64,000 bases of DNA from Bacteroidota bacterium. GTDB lineage: Bacteria > Bacteroidota > Bacteroidia > Bacteroidales > Paludibacteraceae. The notes below the pieces were generated by a model. The model was not told where the DNA came from, did not search any database, and saw only the letters and a program-made list of their open reading frames with translations. The DNA is taken from the NCBI GenBank assembly GCA_021779195.1, contig JAJYBB010000014.1, positions 19,061-83,060 on the forward strand, in the 5' to 3' direction. This document shows positions 50,255 through 58,711 of this stretch, piece after piece. Position 1 is the stretch's first letter; every line of letters begins with the position of its first letter. Made by a program: the position numbers and the translations under genes.

Positions 50255-50735
50255 AGTAAAAAAATTAATTTGTTAATTATGTCCCATATTTAAACAGAAT
50301 TGTTTGCATATTTTGGCTATAAACAAGCTATACGAACCTATTTCAATGATCATTTATGTACATTTGTTTATAACAGCGAACAAATATGAATAGTTTGTTA
50401 ATATCTGGAATATACAATGAAATATATCTTAAATATATATTTATTTATGTTTATTTATTATTGTAAAAATTTACTATATACTTTCTAAAAAATCGCCGAG
50501 AGGCTCAATATTCTTAGGATTAGACTGGTTTTGGTTCTATAATCAGGTTGTTTATGCGAATATGAAATTGCTGCCAAAGAAGATAACTTAAAACCAACCA
50601 ACAGGAAATATAAAATCGTAGTGGTAACCGACAAAGGAACTGTTGAAGCCGACTGGACAACTGACACGAAGATTTCGGTACAACTACCTGTAAAATAGAT
50701 ATTTAAAATTGCATTATTAATGTTACAGATTTATG

Positions 50736-50770
50736 AAAAGCCCGGATTCTTTTTTAGCATCCGGGCTTTT
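50736..50770. terminator. strong GC-rich hairpin with flanking A/T runs
   Basis: AAAAGCCCGGAT / ATCCGGGCTTTT 12-bp stem, followed on the plus strand by CTATTTTCTT. No annotated gene ends here (see findings). Confidence 0.65.
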
Positions 50771-51005
50771 CTATTTTCTTAATAATTAATTTTACAGTAC
50801 AAGCGCTGATAGAAGTTGCAACAGGTCAATATATTGACTTATCGAATTTCTGTTTTTTTCATTATGCTAATAATATTTTTAATGTTAAATAATACAGTTA
50901 ATTAATATTTAGCAAACCTATCAAATGGATTAAATACTGCAATCGTTTCCATTGATATAATTCAGCACTTTTATTTCATATTACAGGATGCATGGATAAA
51001 TAGAG

Positions 51006-51013
51006 TATATTTG
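51006..51013 (+). promoter_or_regulatory. candidate -7 element (TATATTTG) for the glycosidase gene
   Basis: Exact TAnnTTTG match 63 nt upstream of the ATG at 51076. Confidence 0.45.
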
Positions 51014-51075
51014 TTTTTCAAAATACAGGATAGTAAATCTCATTCAGACAAGCTCCTGTTAAAATCCAATGCTAT

Positions 51076-53760
51076 ATGAAACTCCAAAACTTAGTTTTTA
51101 CTTCACTCTTATGCGGAATGCAGCTACTCACTATGGCACAAACCAACAACCCTATTTACCAATCTCCGGCATTCAGCGTTTTCAACGATCATGTTGTGCA
51201 AGGACAATACAGGGCTAACGCTTTGTCGGCCACCGAGATGCAATCGGATTACCAGAGCATGGCTACTGAATTTAAAAGCCCGCGGATTACATTTAAATTT
51301 TCGATTAACGGGCTTGACAATGAGATGCTTCCGGGTGTGAATCACGAATTTGTTTGTTTGGATGGAAACTGCGAAACGCCCCTTATTTCATTTGGCAAAC
51401 AATATATCGACTCCCAACGTATTCCGGCAAATACTTATTTGAAACCCAATACTTTGTTGAAAATCAGGCTGGATATGCGACCTGTTTTTGCACAGTTCAA
51501 CAAGGTTGGATATTATACCAATTTCAATGGAACAAAAATATACAAAGCCGACTTTAAAGGAGTTTATGTGGTGGGCAATACGGCTCCAATGGTTTGGAAC
51601 TTCGACAACCTGACTTACCATAAAGACCTGGAACTTACGGATCCTAAGGGAGATGGTATTTTCGAAGTGACAATGAAAATTAACCCGAAAACTAAAGAAA
51701 CAAGTACACTGAAAACATGGAAACTCACCAAAGATATTAGTGCTTTCCCCCGTTATAAATCACCTGCGCTGCTTGAAAATGCCATTTATAATATGTCGGT
51801 GGAAGAAATGCAGAAAGCCATTGAAAAAGACAGTACCCTGCGCACCGGTATAGAATGGCCCGGCGTTTGGACGCGCGACGTGAGTTACAGCATCATACTC
51901 TCGATGGCATACATGCAACCAAAAGTATCCGAAAACAGCCTGATGCGCAAAGTAAATGCCAACGGACGCATTATTCAGGATACAGGAACAGGTGGTGCCT
52001 GGCCTGCTTCGACCGACCGCATGATTTGGGCGGTGGCTGCCTGGGAAATATACAAAGTTACGGGCGACAAAACCTGGCTCCGCAACGTATATCCGATTAT
52101 CAAAAACTCCATCGAAGACGATTTGATGGTGGATCATGACCCCAAAACAGGGTTGGTAAAAGGCGAATCGTCGTTTCTCGACTGGCGCGAGCAAACTTAT
52201 CCGCGCTGGATGCAACCGGTGGACATTTATTCAAGTAAAAATTTAGGAACCAATGCATTACACTTCCGTGCATTGACCGTGGCAAGCCGTATGGCAGAAT
52301 TAATGAATGAACAGGCTGTCGGCTCGAAATTTAAAGCGGAAGCGGAAAAAATAAAAGCCGGTATCAACAAATACCTTTGGATTCCGGAAAAGAATTATTA
52401 CGGTCAATATCTCTACGGGCGAAATTACCAATTGTTGTCGCCCCGTTTCGAAGCGTTGGGCGAAGCGTTGAGCGTTGTGTTTGACGTGGCTGATCCGTCA
52501 AGGCAAAAAGAACTGGTTCAACATGTTCCGGTGGTTGACTATGGAATTCCGTGCATCTATCCACAAATTGGTGATATTCCACCTTATCACAACAATGCGG
52601 TTTGGCCTTTTGTGCAAACTTACTGGATGTGGGCGGCAGCCAAAACCGGAAACGAGAAAAGTGTATTACACAGCATAGCGGCTATTTATCGCGCAGCAGC
52701 CATGTTCCTTACCAACAAGGAAAACTTTGTGGCTGACAATGGCGATTGGGCCGGTACACAAATCAATTCCAGCAATATGCTCTGGAGTTTGTCAGGCAAT
52801 ATCAGCATTATTCACAAAGTACTGTTTGGCATTCGCTTCGGAGAAAATGAATTAAGATTTCAACCTTTTGTGCCCACCGTAATGGCTGCCGTACGGAAGC
52901 TTGATAACTTCAAATACAGGAAAGCCGTGTTGGACATCGAAATGAGTGGCTTTGGAAACAAGATTGTTTCCTTTCTGCTGGATGGAAAAGTGCAAAAGTC
53001 GGCTGTAATCCCGTCAACTCTTACAGGCAAACATGCGATAAAAATTATATTAGCAAACAACGAGTTGGAAAATCAACCGATAAACCTGGTAAAAAATGAA
53101 TCAACTCCGCTTATGCCGATTGCCACGTTTGAAAACGGGAAACTGTCGTGGTCAATGATAGACGGAGCAACGAGTTACCAGATATTGAAAAACGGACAAG
53201 AGTGGAAAGAAACTACCGCCACCTCAATTGAAATTCCAACCCATGAAACGGGTGAGTTTCAGGTTATGGCGGTTGATAAATCGGGATTAACTTCGTTCGC
53301 CGGCGAGCCGTTGGAAGTTTATCCGAAAAAAGATATTTTCACTTTTGAAGTTGAAAATCAGGCGGTTTCATCTTCTCTGCCTTATCAAGGTTTCTCGGGA
53401 ACTGGTTTTGTGGAAATAAGCCGTACCGTCAATCGAACCGTTAATATGGAGATAGAAGTTCCAACAAATGGACTATATGCCATCGATTGGCGTTATGCCA
53501 ATGGCAACGGACCTACGAATACCGAAAATAAATGCGCCATCCGTACTTTGTTTGTCGATAATGTTCGTTCCGGTGCACAGGTTTTTCCGCAGCGAGGCAA
53601 AGAAGAATGGTCGAACTGGGGATTCAGCAACGCCATTCAGGTACAACTGAAAGCCGGTAAACATACGTTGAAATTGGAGTTTATGCCCGAAAATGAAAAT
53701 ATGAATATCGAAATAAATCAAGCTATGTTGGATTATGTACGGTTGGTGAAGCTAAAATAA
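51076..53760 (+). CDS. secreted six-hairpin (alpha/alpha)6 glycosidase-like protein with an N-terminal E-set/CBM-like module and a C-terminal CBM6/35-like module
   Basis: 894 aa with a signal peptide. VYVVGNTAPMVWNFDN...DGIFEVTM is starch-binding-module-like. The WTRDVSYS...GAWPASTDRMIWAVAAWEIYKVTGD core resembles GH15/GDE_C-type barrels. The C-terminus (...YRYANGNG...HTLKLEF...LDYVRLV) is CBM6-like. The GH family is not resolved. Confidence 0.6.
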   Translation: MKLQNLVFTSLLCGMQLLTMAQTNNPIYQSPAFSVFNDHVVQGQYRANALSATEMQSDYQSMATEFKSPRITFKFSINGLDNEMLPGVNHEFVCLDGNCETPLISFGKQYIDSQRIPANTYLKPNTLLKIRLDMRPVFAQFNKVGYYTNFNGTKIYKADFKGVYVVGNTAPMVWNFDNLTYHKDLELTDPKGDGIFEVTMKINPKTKETSTLKTWKLTKDISAFPRYKSPALLENAIYNMSVEEMQKAIEKDSTLRTGIEWPGVWTRDVSYSIILSMAYMQPKVSENSLMRKVNANGRIIQDTGTGGAWPASTDRMIWAVAAWEIYKVTGDKTWLRNVYPIIKNSIEDDLMVDHDPKTGLVKGESSFLDWREQTYPRWMQPVDIYSSKNLGTNALHFRALTVASRMAELMNEQAVGSKFKAEAEKIKAGINKYLWIPEKNYYGQYLYGRNYQLLSPRFEALGEALSVVFDVADPSRQKELVQHVPVVDYGIPCIYPQIGDIPPYHNNAVWPFVQTYWMWAAAKTGNEKSVLHSIAAIYRAAAMFLTNKENFVADNGDWAGTQINSSNMLWSLSGNISIIHKVLFGIRFGENELRFQPFVPTVMAAVRKLDNFKYRKAVLDIEMSGFGNKIVSFLLDGKVQKSAVIPSTLTGKHAIKIILANNELENQPINLVKNESTPLMPIATFENGKLSWSMIDGATSYQILKNGQEWKETTATSIEIPTHETGEFQVMAVDKSGLTSFAGEPLEVYPKKDIFTFEVENQAVSSSLPYQGFSGTGFVEISRTVNRTVNMEIEVPTNGLYAIDWRYANGNGPTNTENKCAIRTLFVDNVRSGAQVFPQRGKEEWSNWGFSNAIQVQLKAGKHTLKLEFMPENENMNIEINQAMLDYVRLVKLK

Positions 53761-53816
53761 ATGGATGCTTTTATTTAAAATAAATGTTTAACTTACAAAT
53801 AAATGTATTTTGAATT

Positions 53817-54290
53817 ATGATTCCAGCGCAAGAACTCAAAACAGATAACTTACAGATTAAACCACTCACGGTTCAAACAATTCAAGAATTATGGTCGAAA
53901 ACCTACAATACCGATAGCAAACCCGACTGGTCGCACATTTTTCCGTATTATCATCCCAATATTGTTTTTCAGGACACCATTCAGCGCATTGAGGGCATCG
54001 AAGACTTCACCGCCATGTGCAACCGCCTTACCAAACGAACTTACAAGCTGAATATGGAAATTGTCTCCATTGTTCAGAACGAAAATATCATTATGTTCGA
54101 CTGGATAATGACCATGATGTTTAAAAAATATCCGAGTACGCCAATGTATGGTTCCAGTAAGTTAACGATCAGCGACGATGGATTAATTCTCGAACAACGT
54201 GATTATTACGACCTGTGGGGCGATATTTTCAATAATATTCCGCACTGGAATAAAATGTATCGCCGGTTTTTAATTAAAAAATTTGGTTGA
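53817..54290 (+). CDS. NTF2-like / SnoaL-like fold protein
   Basis: 157 aa; size and alpha+beta cone pattern (YHPNIVFQDTIQRIEGIEDF...). The family-level call is weak. Confidence 0.55.
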   Translation: MIPAQELKTDNLQIKPLTVQTIQELWSKTYNTDSKPDWSHIFPYYHPNIVFQDTIQRIEGIEDFTAMCNRLTKRTYKLNMEIVSIVQNENIIMFDWIMTMMFKKYPSTPMYGSSKLTISDDGLILEQRDYYDLWGDIFNNIPHWNKMYRRFLIKKFG

Positions 54291-54438
54291 TAGCCATTTA
54301 TAAGTTAAAATACTTATTGTAAAAAAGGTAAACGCAAAGAGAAAAACTTTTTAAGTTTTTCTTAGTGGTTTTCTGATTTTGAGTTTTTTGCGTTGAACAT
54401 AATATTTTATTGAAAATTATGAACTTATCTAATTTCTA

Positions 54439-55395
54439 ATGTCAGAAAAAAAAACCATACAATATATCCGCCAGTACAAATGGAGCAATGTTTTTGCCAT
54501 GATTCGCAACAACAACAGAGATGCAAAAATTTGTACCGACGTATTCAGCAATAAATTGGTGGTAATTACAGGCGCCACTTCGGGAATAGGGTTGGTTACA
54601 GCCCATAAATTTGCTTCGCGAGGTGCCGATTTGTTGTGCATAAACCGAAATATTGAGAAGTCAGAAAAACTAAAACTGGAAATTGAAACCGCTTACAGCG
54701 TAAAATGCAATTTTATAATCGCCGATTTAAGCAGCTTGAAGGAAAGTTTCAGGGTAGCCAGCGAATTGAAAGCTTTGTCAAAACCCATTGATGTGTTGAT
54801 TCACAATGCTGGAGTTTTTTTAACTAAACGAGAATTAACCTCCGAAGGCTTCGAGAAAGTGTTTGCCCTTCACTATTTGTCATCCTTTGTGATCAATTTA
54901 AGTTTGATGGATAAACTTAAGTTACAGCAACAGGCACGAATTATCATGGTGGGTTCCGAAGGGCATCGGTTTGCGGCATGGGGATTGAATATCAACGATT
55001 TGAATTGGAAAAAACGCCGTTATTCCGGATTAGGAAGTTACGGATCGGCAAAATTGGCGCAATTATTATCGATGTTGATTTTTGCCGAATATTTTAAAAA
55101 TTCGGGTGTTACCATAAATTCCATGCATCCGGGAGCCGTTAAATCTGAAACCGGAAAAAGTAACGGGTGGTTGTACAACTGGTACAAAAAGAATCTGATT
55201 GACAGAACTTTAAAATCGGCCGATTGCTCAGCTGAAGCTTTGTATTATTTGGGTGTCTCAGCCGATATGGAAGGAAGAAGCGGGAATTTTTATAATCTAA
55301 CCACACTGGAAGAACCTGCTCCACCTGCATTGGATAGGGATGTTGCGCTTGAATTATGGGATAAAACAGTGAAAATGACAGGACTTTCAACCTAA
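54439..55395 (+). CDS. SDR family oxidoreductase
   Basis: 318 aa with the Rossmann motif VVITGATSGIGL, NAGV and the catalytic motif YGSAKLA. Confidence 0.88.
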   Translation: MSEKKTIQYIRQYKWSNVFAMIRNNNRDAKICTDVFSNKLVVITGATSGIGLVTAHKFASRGADLLCINRNIEKSEKLKLEIETAYSVKCNFIIADLSSLKESFRVASELKALSKPIDVLIHNAGVFLTKRELTSEGFEKVFALHYLSSFVINLSLMDKLKLQQQARIIMVGSEGHRFAAWGLNINDLNWKKRRYSGLGSYGSAKLAQLLSMLIFAEYFKNSGVTINSMHPGAVKSETGKSNGWLYNWYKKNLIDRTLKSADCSAEALYYLGVSADMEGRSGNFYNLTTLEEPAPPALDRDVALELWDKTVKMTGLST

Positions 55396-55406
55396 AATAA
55401 ATAAGT

Positions 55407-57026
55407 ATGGTAACTAACAGATATGATGCAATTGTGGTGGGCGGTGGCATTGCCGGACTGACAGCTGCCGCTTATATTGCCCGCGCCGGAAAGTCGGTAG
55501 TGCTTTTCGAACGGCAACACAAAGTGGGTGGTTTGGTGCAAACGTTCGACCGCGATGGCATTTATTTCGATGGCGGATTGCGTTCCATCGAAAATTCGGG
55601 CATCGTTTTTCCGATGCTCAAACAGCTCGGCATCGACCTTGAATTTACCAAAAGCAATATTTCCATTGGCATTGGCCATTCAATATTAAGACTCAAAGGC
55701 AAGGAAAGCGTTGACGAATACGAAGATTTTCTTTGTGAACAATATCCTGAAAATAAGAAAGATGTAAAAGCAATTGTCGGTGAAATAAAGAAAATAATGG
55801 GGTATATGGATATCCTTTACGGCATTGATAATCCGGCATTTCTGAACATGACCGAAGACCGCGAATATCTGATGAAAGTGATTCTTCCGTGGATGTTTAA
55901 ATTTATTTTTACCCTGCGGAAAATCAAAAAAATCAATGAACCGGTGGAAGATTATCTGAAAAAATTTACTTCCAACCAATCGCTGATCGACGTTATTGCC
56001 CAACATTTTTTCCAGAAAACACCCACTTCATTTGCACTCAGCTATTTCAGTTTGTATCTGGATTATCATTATCCGAAAGGCGGAACAGCTACTTTAATAA
56101 AAAAACTCGAAGATTATATTCTTGAAAATGGAGGAATTATCAAAACAGGTGTGACCATTCAACGCCTGCAACCGGAAGAAAAATTTGTAACAGACCACGA
56201 AGGAAACCGTTTCGAATATTCCAGCTTAGTATGGGCAGGTGATTTGAAGCAAATGTATAATATTATTCCGGTTGAAAAACTGAATGACCAGAAATTAGCG
56301 GCTAAAATTACTGAAAAACGTACCTTGCTGAAAGAATTGAATGCGGGCGATTCGGTTTTTACGGTTTATCTTTCGGTGAATGAAATCAAGGAATATTTCG
56401 CCAACATCTGCACCGGACATTTCTTTTACACTCCTGATAAACAAGGATTAAACAGCGTGGATAAAACAAACCTCGAACTTTTTATGGCTGCTGAAATTAC
56501 TGAAAAAGTGAATGTTGAATCAAAAAACAAATTGAAGCAATACTTAGAAGATTATTTCCGGTTGAATACCTTTGAAATTGCCATTCCCGCCTTGCGCGAT
56601 GCCGATTTGGCGCCCGAAGGTCAGGTTGGTTTGGTGGTAAGCCTGCTTTTTGATTATACGCTCGCTAAAAAAATTGACGATTTTGGCTGGACGGCAGAAA
56701 TAAAAGCGTTTTTGGAACAAATCTCCATTCAAATTCTCGACGAAAGCATTTTTCCGGGACTGAAAAATAAGGTTTTCGGATGTTTCTCGTCCTCGCCGGT
56801 AACGATTGAAAAAATGACCGGAAACACCCAGGGCGGCATTACAGGTTGGGCTTTCACCAATCCGGTGATGCCTGCCGTAAGCAGTATGCTGGGAATTGCC
56901 AAATCGGTTTTAACACCCCTACCTTCCGTTTTTCAGGCGGGACAGTGGACGTACAGTCCGGCAGGTTTGCCCATTTCAATTTTGACAGGAAAATTAGCTT
57001 CGGATAAAATACTTAAAAACAGTTGA
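55407..57026 (+). CDS. FAD-dependent oxidoreductase of the phytoene desaturase (CrtI-like)/amine oxidase superfamily
   Basis: 539 aa with the dinucleotide-binding N-terminus YDAIVVGGGIAGLTAAAYIARAGKSVVLFE...GG. The start is 11 nt after the SDR stop. Confidence 0.8.
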   Translation: MVTNRYDAIVVGGGIAGLTAAAYIARAGKSVVLFERQHKVGGLVQTFDRDGIYFDGGLRSIENSGIVFPMLKQLGIDLEFTKSNISIGIGHSILRLKGKESVDEYEDFLCEQYPENKKDVKAIVGEIKKIMGYMDILYGIDNPAFLNMTEDREYLMKVILPWMFKFIFTLRKIKKINEPVEDYLKKFTSNQSLIDVIAQHFFQKTPTSFALSYFSLYLDYHYPKGGTATLIKKLEDYILENGGIIKTGVTIQRLQPEEKFVTDHEGNRFEYSSLVWAGDLKQMYNIIPVEKLNDQKLAAKITEKRTLLKELNAGDSVFTVYLSVNEIKEYFANICTGHFFYTPDKQGLNSVDKTNLELFMAAEITEKVNVESKNKLKQYLEDYFRLNTFEIAIPALRDADLAPEGQVGLVVSLLFDYTLAKKIDDFGWTAEIKAFLEQISIQILDESIFPGLKNKVFGCFSSSPVTIEKMTGNTQGGITGWAFTNPVMPAVSSMLGIAKSVLTPLPSVFQAGQWTYSPAGLPISILTGKLASDKILKNS

Positions 57027-57037
57027 TTGACTATTTT

Positions 57038-57454
57038 TTAAAAATTTAAATAGGTTGGATTAAGCTTCATGGTCATATTCCCATTCAACTCGAAAAGCCA
57101 TTTATTAAAAGCCGGTGGTCCGAATTTGGCTTCTATGTTATTGGAATATCCATAGCCCTCAATCGGAATAAAAAGCATTTTGGTATCTAACTTTTTGTTT
57201 TTATTCTCGTCGTGAATGAAATTGAAAGCATACTTACCCGCTTTCAGATTTTCAATAACAATGCTGCATTTTTTATTCAAAATATTGGCTGTTCCTACCT
57301 TTAAACTTTTGTGATGCTGATCAAAAAGTTCGTAGAGTATATTTCCATTATTGTTTCGTAAACCGGTAATTTCAAATATTAAATTATATTGTGCCAATGA
57401 TTTTACTGGCATGAAAATGAAGAATATAGCTATCGTTATAAAAAGTGTTTTCAT
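57038..57454 (-). CDS. DUF2141 domain protein (secreted)
   Basis: 138 aa with a signal peptide and GNILYELFDQ...NKKLDTKMLFIPIEGYGYSNN...GPPAF, typical of DUF2141. Confidence 0.75.
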   Translation of the reverse strand: MKTLFITIAIFFIFMPVKSLAQYNLIFEITGLRNNNGNILYELFDQHHKSLKVGTANILNKKCSIVIENLKAGKYAFNFIHDENKNKKLDTKMLFIPIEGYGYSNNIEAKFGPPAFNKWLFELNGNMTMKLNPTYLNF

Positions 57455-57544
57455 GAACTTATGGATTTAAATTTAGAAGAACGCTTTCTCTTTTATAACG
57501 CTTTCTTTTCGGAGCTAAAAAGTTATCTTAAGTTTGTTTCGTAT

Positions 57545-58483
57545 TTATTTTTCCCAAATATCTTCGTAAGTGTAAAACCCGCCCGGAAGGACACAGAATA
57601 ATCCCTTGGATATACGAAGGTTTTGTTCCAAATCGCCTAATTTTACAAAATCAGATGCATCTAATCTTACATTCAAAGCATTGAAATTTTCGCGAATACG
57701 CTTTTCGTTAACAGATTTAGGAATAACAATAGAGCCACGTTGTATTCCCCAAGCTAATAACACTTGAGCAGGAGTGCAATGATGTTTTTCAGCTATTGAT
57801 TTTACAATGGCTTCACGTGTTAATCCGGCTTTGCCTTGTATTAAATGATGGCTTCCAAGCGGTGAATATGCTGTTACCAATATTCTGTTTTTACGACAAA
57901 ATTCTATTAATTCAGTCTGCTGAAAATAGGGATGTAGCTCAATCTGAAGCATCTCTGGAGCAATACGACTATTTGTTAGCAATCGATTGAGTTTTGGCAT
58001 ATTGAAGTTAGAAACGCCGATATGTTTTGCAAGCCCCTTTTCCTGAATAATTTCCATTGCCTGCCATGTTTTTTCTATCGAAAATTCATCTGGCGACACT
58101 AAATCATCAGCACTATGGGCATATAGATGTCCTGTTTTGAAAGCTACCGGCCAATGAATCAGATATAAATCAAGATAATCTAACTGTAGGTCAAATATGG
58201 ATTTACGAATGGCTTTTTCCACTTGTTTTGGGGCATGATCGCTGTTCCAGAGTTTGGAAGTTACAAAGATATCTTCGCGTTTCACCAGCCCATTTTCAAT
58301 TGCAAATCGTAAAGCTCGACCAATTTCAGTTTCATTCTGATAAATATATGCACAATCGAAATGTCGGTAACCAACCTTGATAGCAGCCAATACCGCATTA
58401 TAAACTTCGTTTGGCTTCGAAAGCCATGTGCCTAATCCAATTTCCGGAACATAATCTCCATTTTTAAATGTGAAAGTATTCAT
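57545..58483 (-). CDS. aldo/keto reductase
   Basis: GLGTW, HFDCAYIYQNE, LDYLDLYLIHWP and IPKS motifs. Start moved from a TTG at 58522 to the ATG at 58481-58483. Confidence 0.9.
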   Translation of the reverse strand: MNTFTFKNGDYVPEIGLGTWLSKPNEVYNAVLAAIKVGYRHFDCAYIYQNETEIGRALRFAIENGLVKREDIFVTSKLWNSDHAPKQVEKAIRKSIFDLQLDYLDLYLIHWPVAFKTGHLYAHSADDLVSPDEFSIEKTWQAMEIIQEKGLAKHIGVSNFNMPKLNRLLTNSRIAPEMLQIELHPYFQQTELIEFCRKNRILVTAYSPLGSHHLIQGKAGLTREAIVKSIAEKHHCTPAQVLLAWGIQRGSIVIPKSVNEKRIRENFNALNVRLDASDFVKLGDLEQNLRISKGLFCVLPGGFYTYEDIWEK

Positions 58484-58711
58484 ATTCGAAATTATTGATT
58501 GATTATTATTTCTATTTTGCAAAATAGAAATAAAATATTTTTAATGGCATATTTTTTAATGCAATTCTAGTTGTAAGTCCCCTTCAGAAAATTTAAGTAC
58601 GGTTTGCAGATAAATTTAACTGCTGCTTGTTTCTCATTACTTGTTGAAAACATTATTATTGCAAAATTAACTTGTATAAATTAATTTAGCAAGATCTTAT
58701 TAATAAGTAAT

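Noticed and set aside
36636-50276. Numerous 60-104-aa plus-strand ORFs, and a few short minus-strand ORFs in other frames, inside the two giant genes
   Set aside because: All are embedded in uninterrupted 4.5-kb and 9.7-kb reading frames with recognisable domains. None has a start context, promoter motif or family resemblance.
50485-50667. 60-aa minus-strand ORF in the gap upstream of the T9SS operon
   Set aside because: The Ser/Leu/Thr-rich translation has no start context. The opposite-strand frame looks more protein-like and is followed by a terminator.
51124-53721. About a dozen 60-151-aa ORFs in other frames and on both strands within the glycosidase gene (for example 51760-52215 and 51855-52139)
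   Set aside because: They overlap a long, clearly homologous CDS. They have Arg/His/Pro-rich low-complexity translations typical of off-frame reading of higher-GC DNA.
29527-57026. Idea that the whole accessory block is a tRNA-Arg-anchored integrative island
   Set aside because: No integrase, recombinase or transposase is present. I could not find a direct repeat of the tRNA 3' end at any candidate right boundary (35.5-35.9 kb, 50.3-51.1 kb, 57.0 kb, 58.5-58.7 kb). Only the 51-57 kb part differs in composition.
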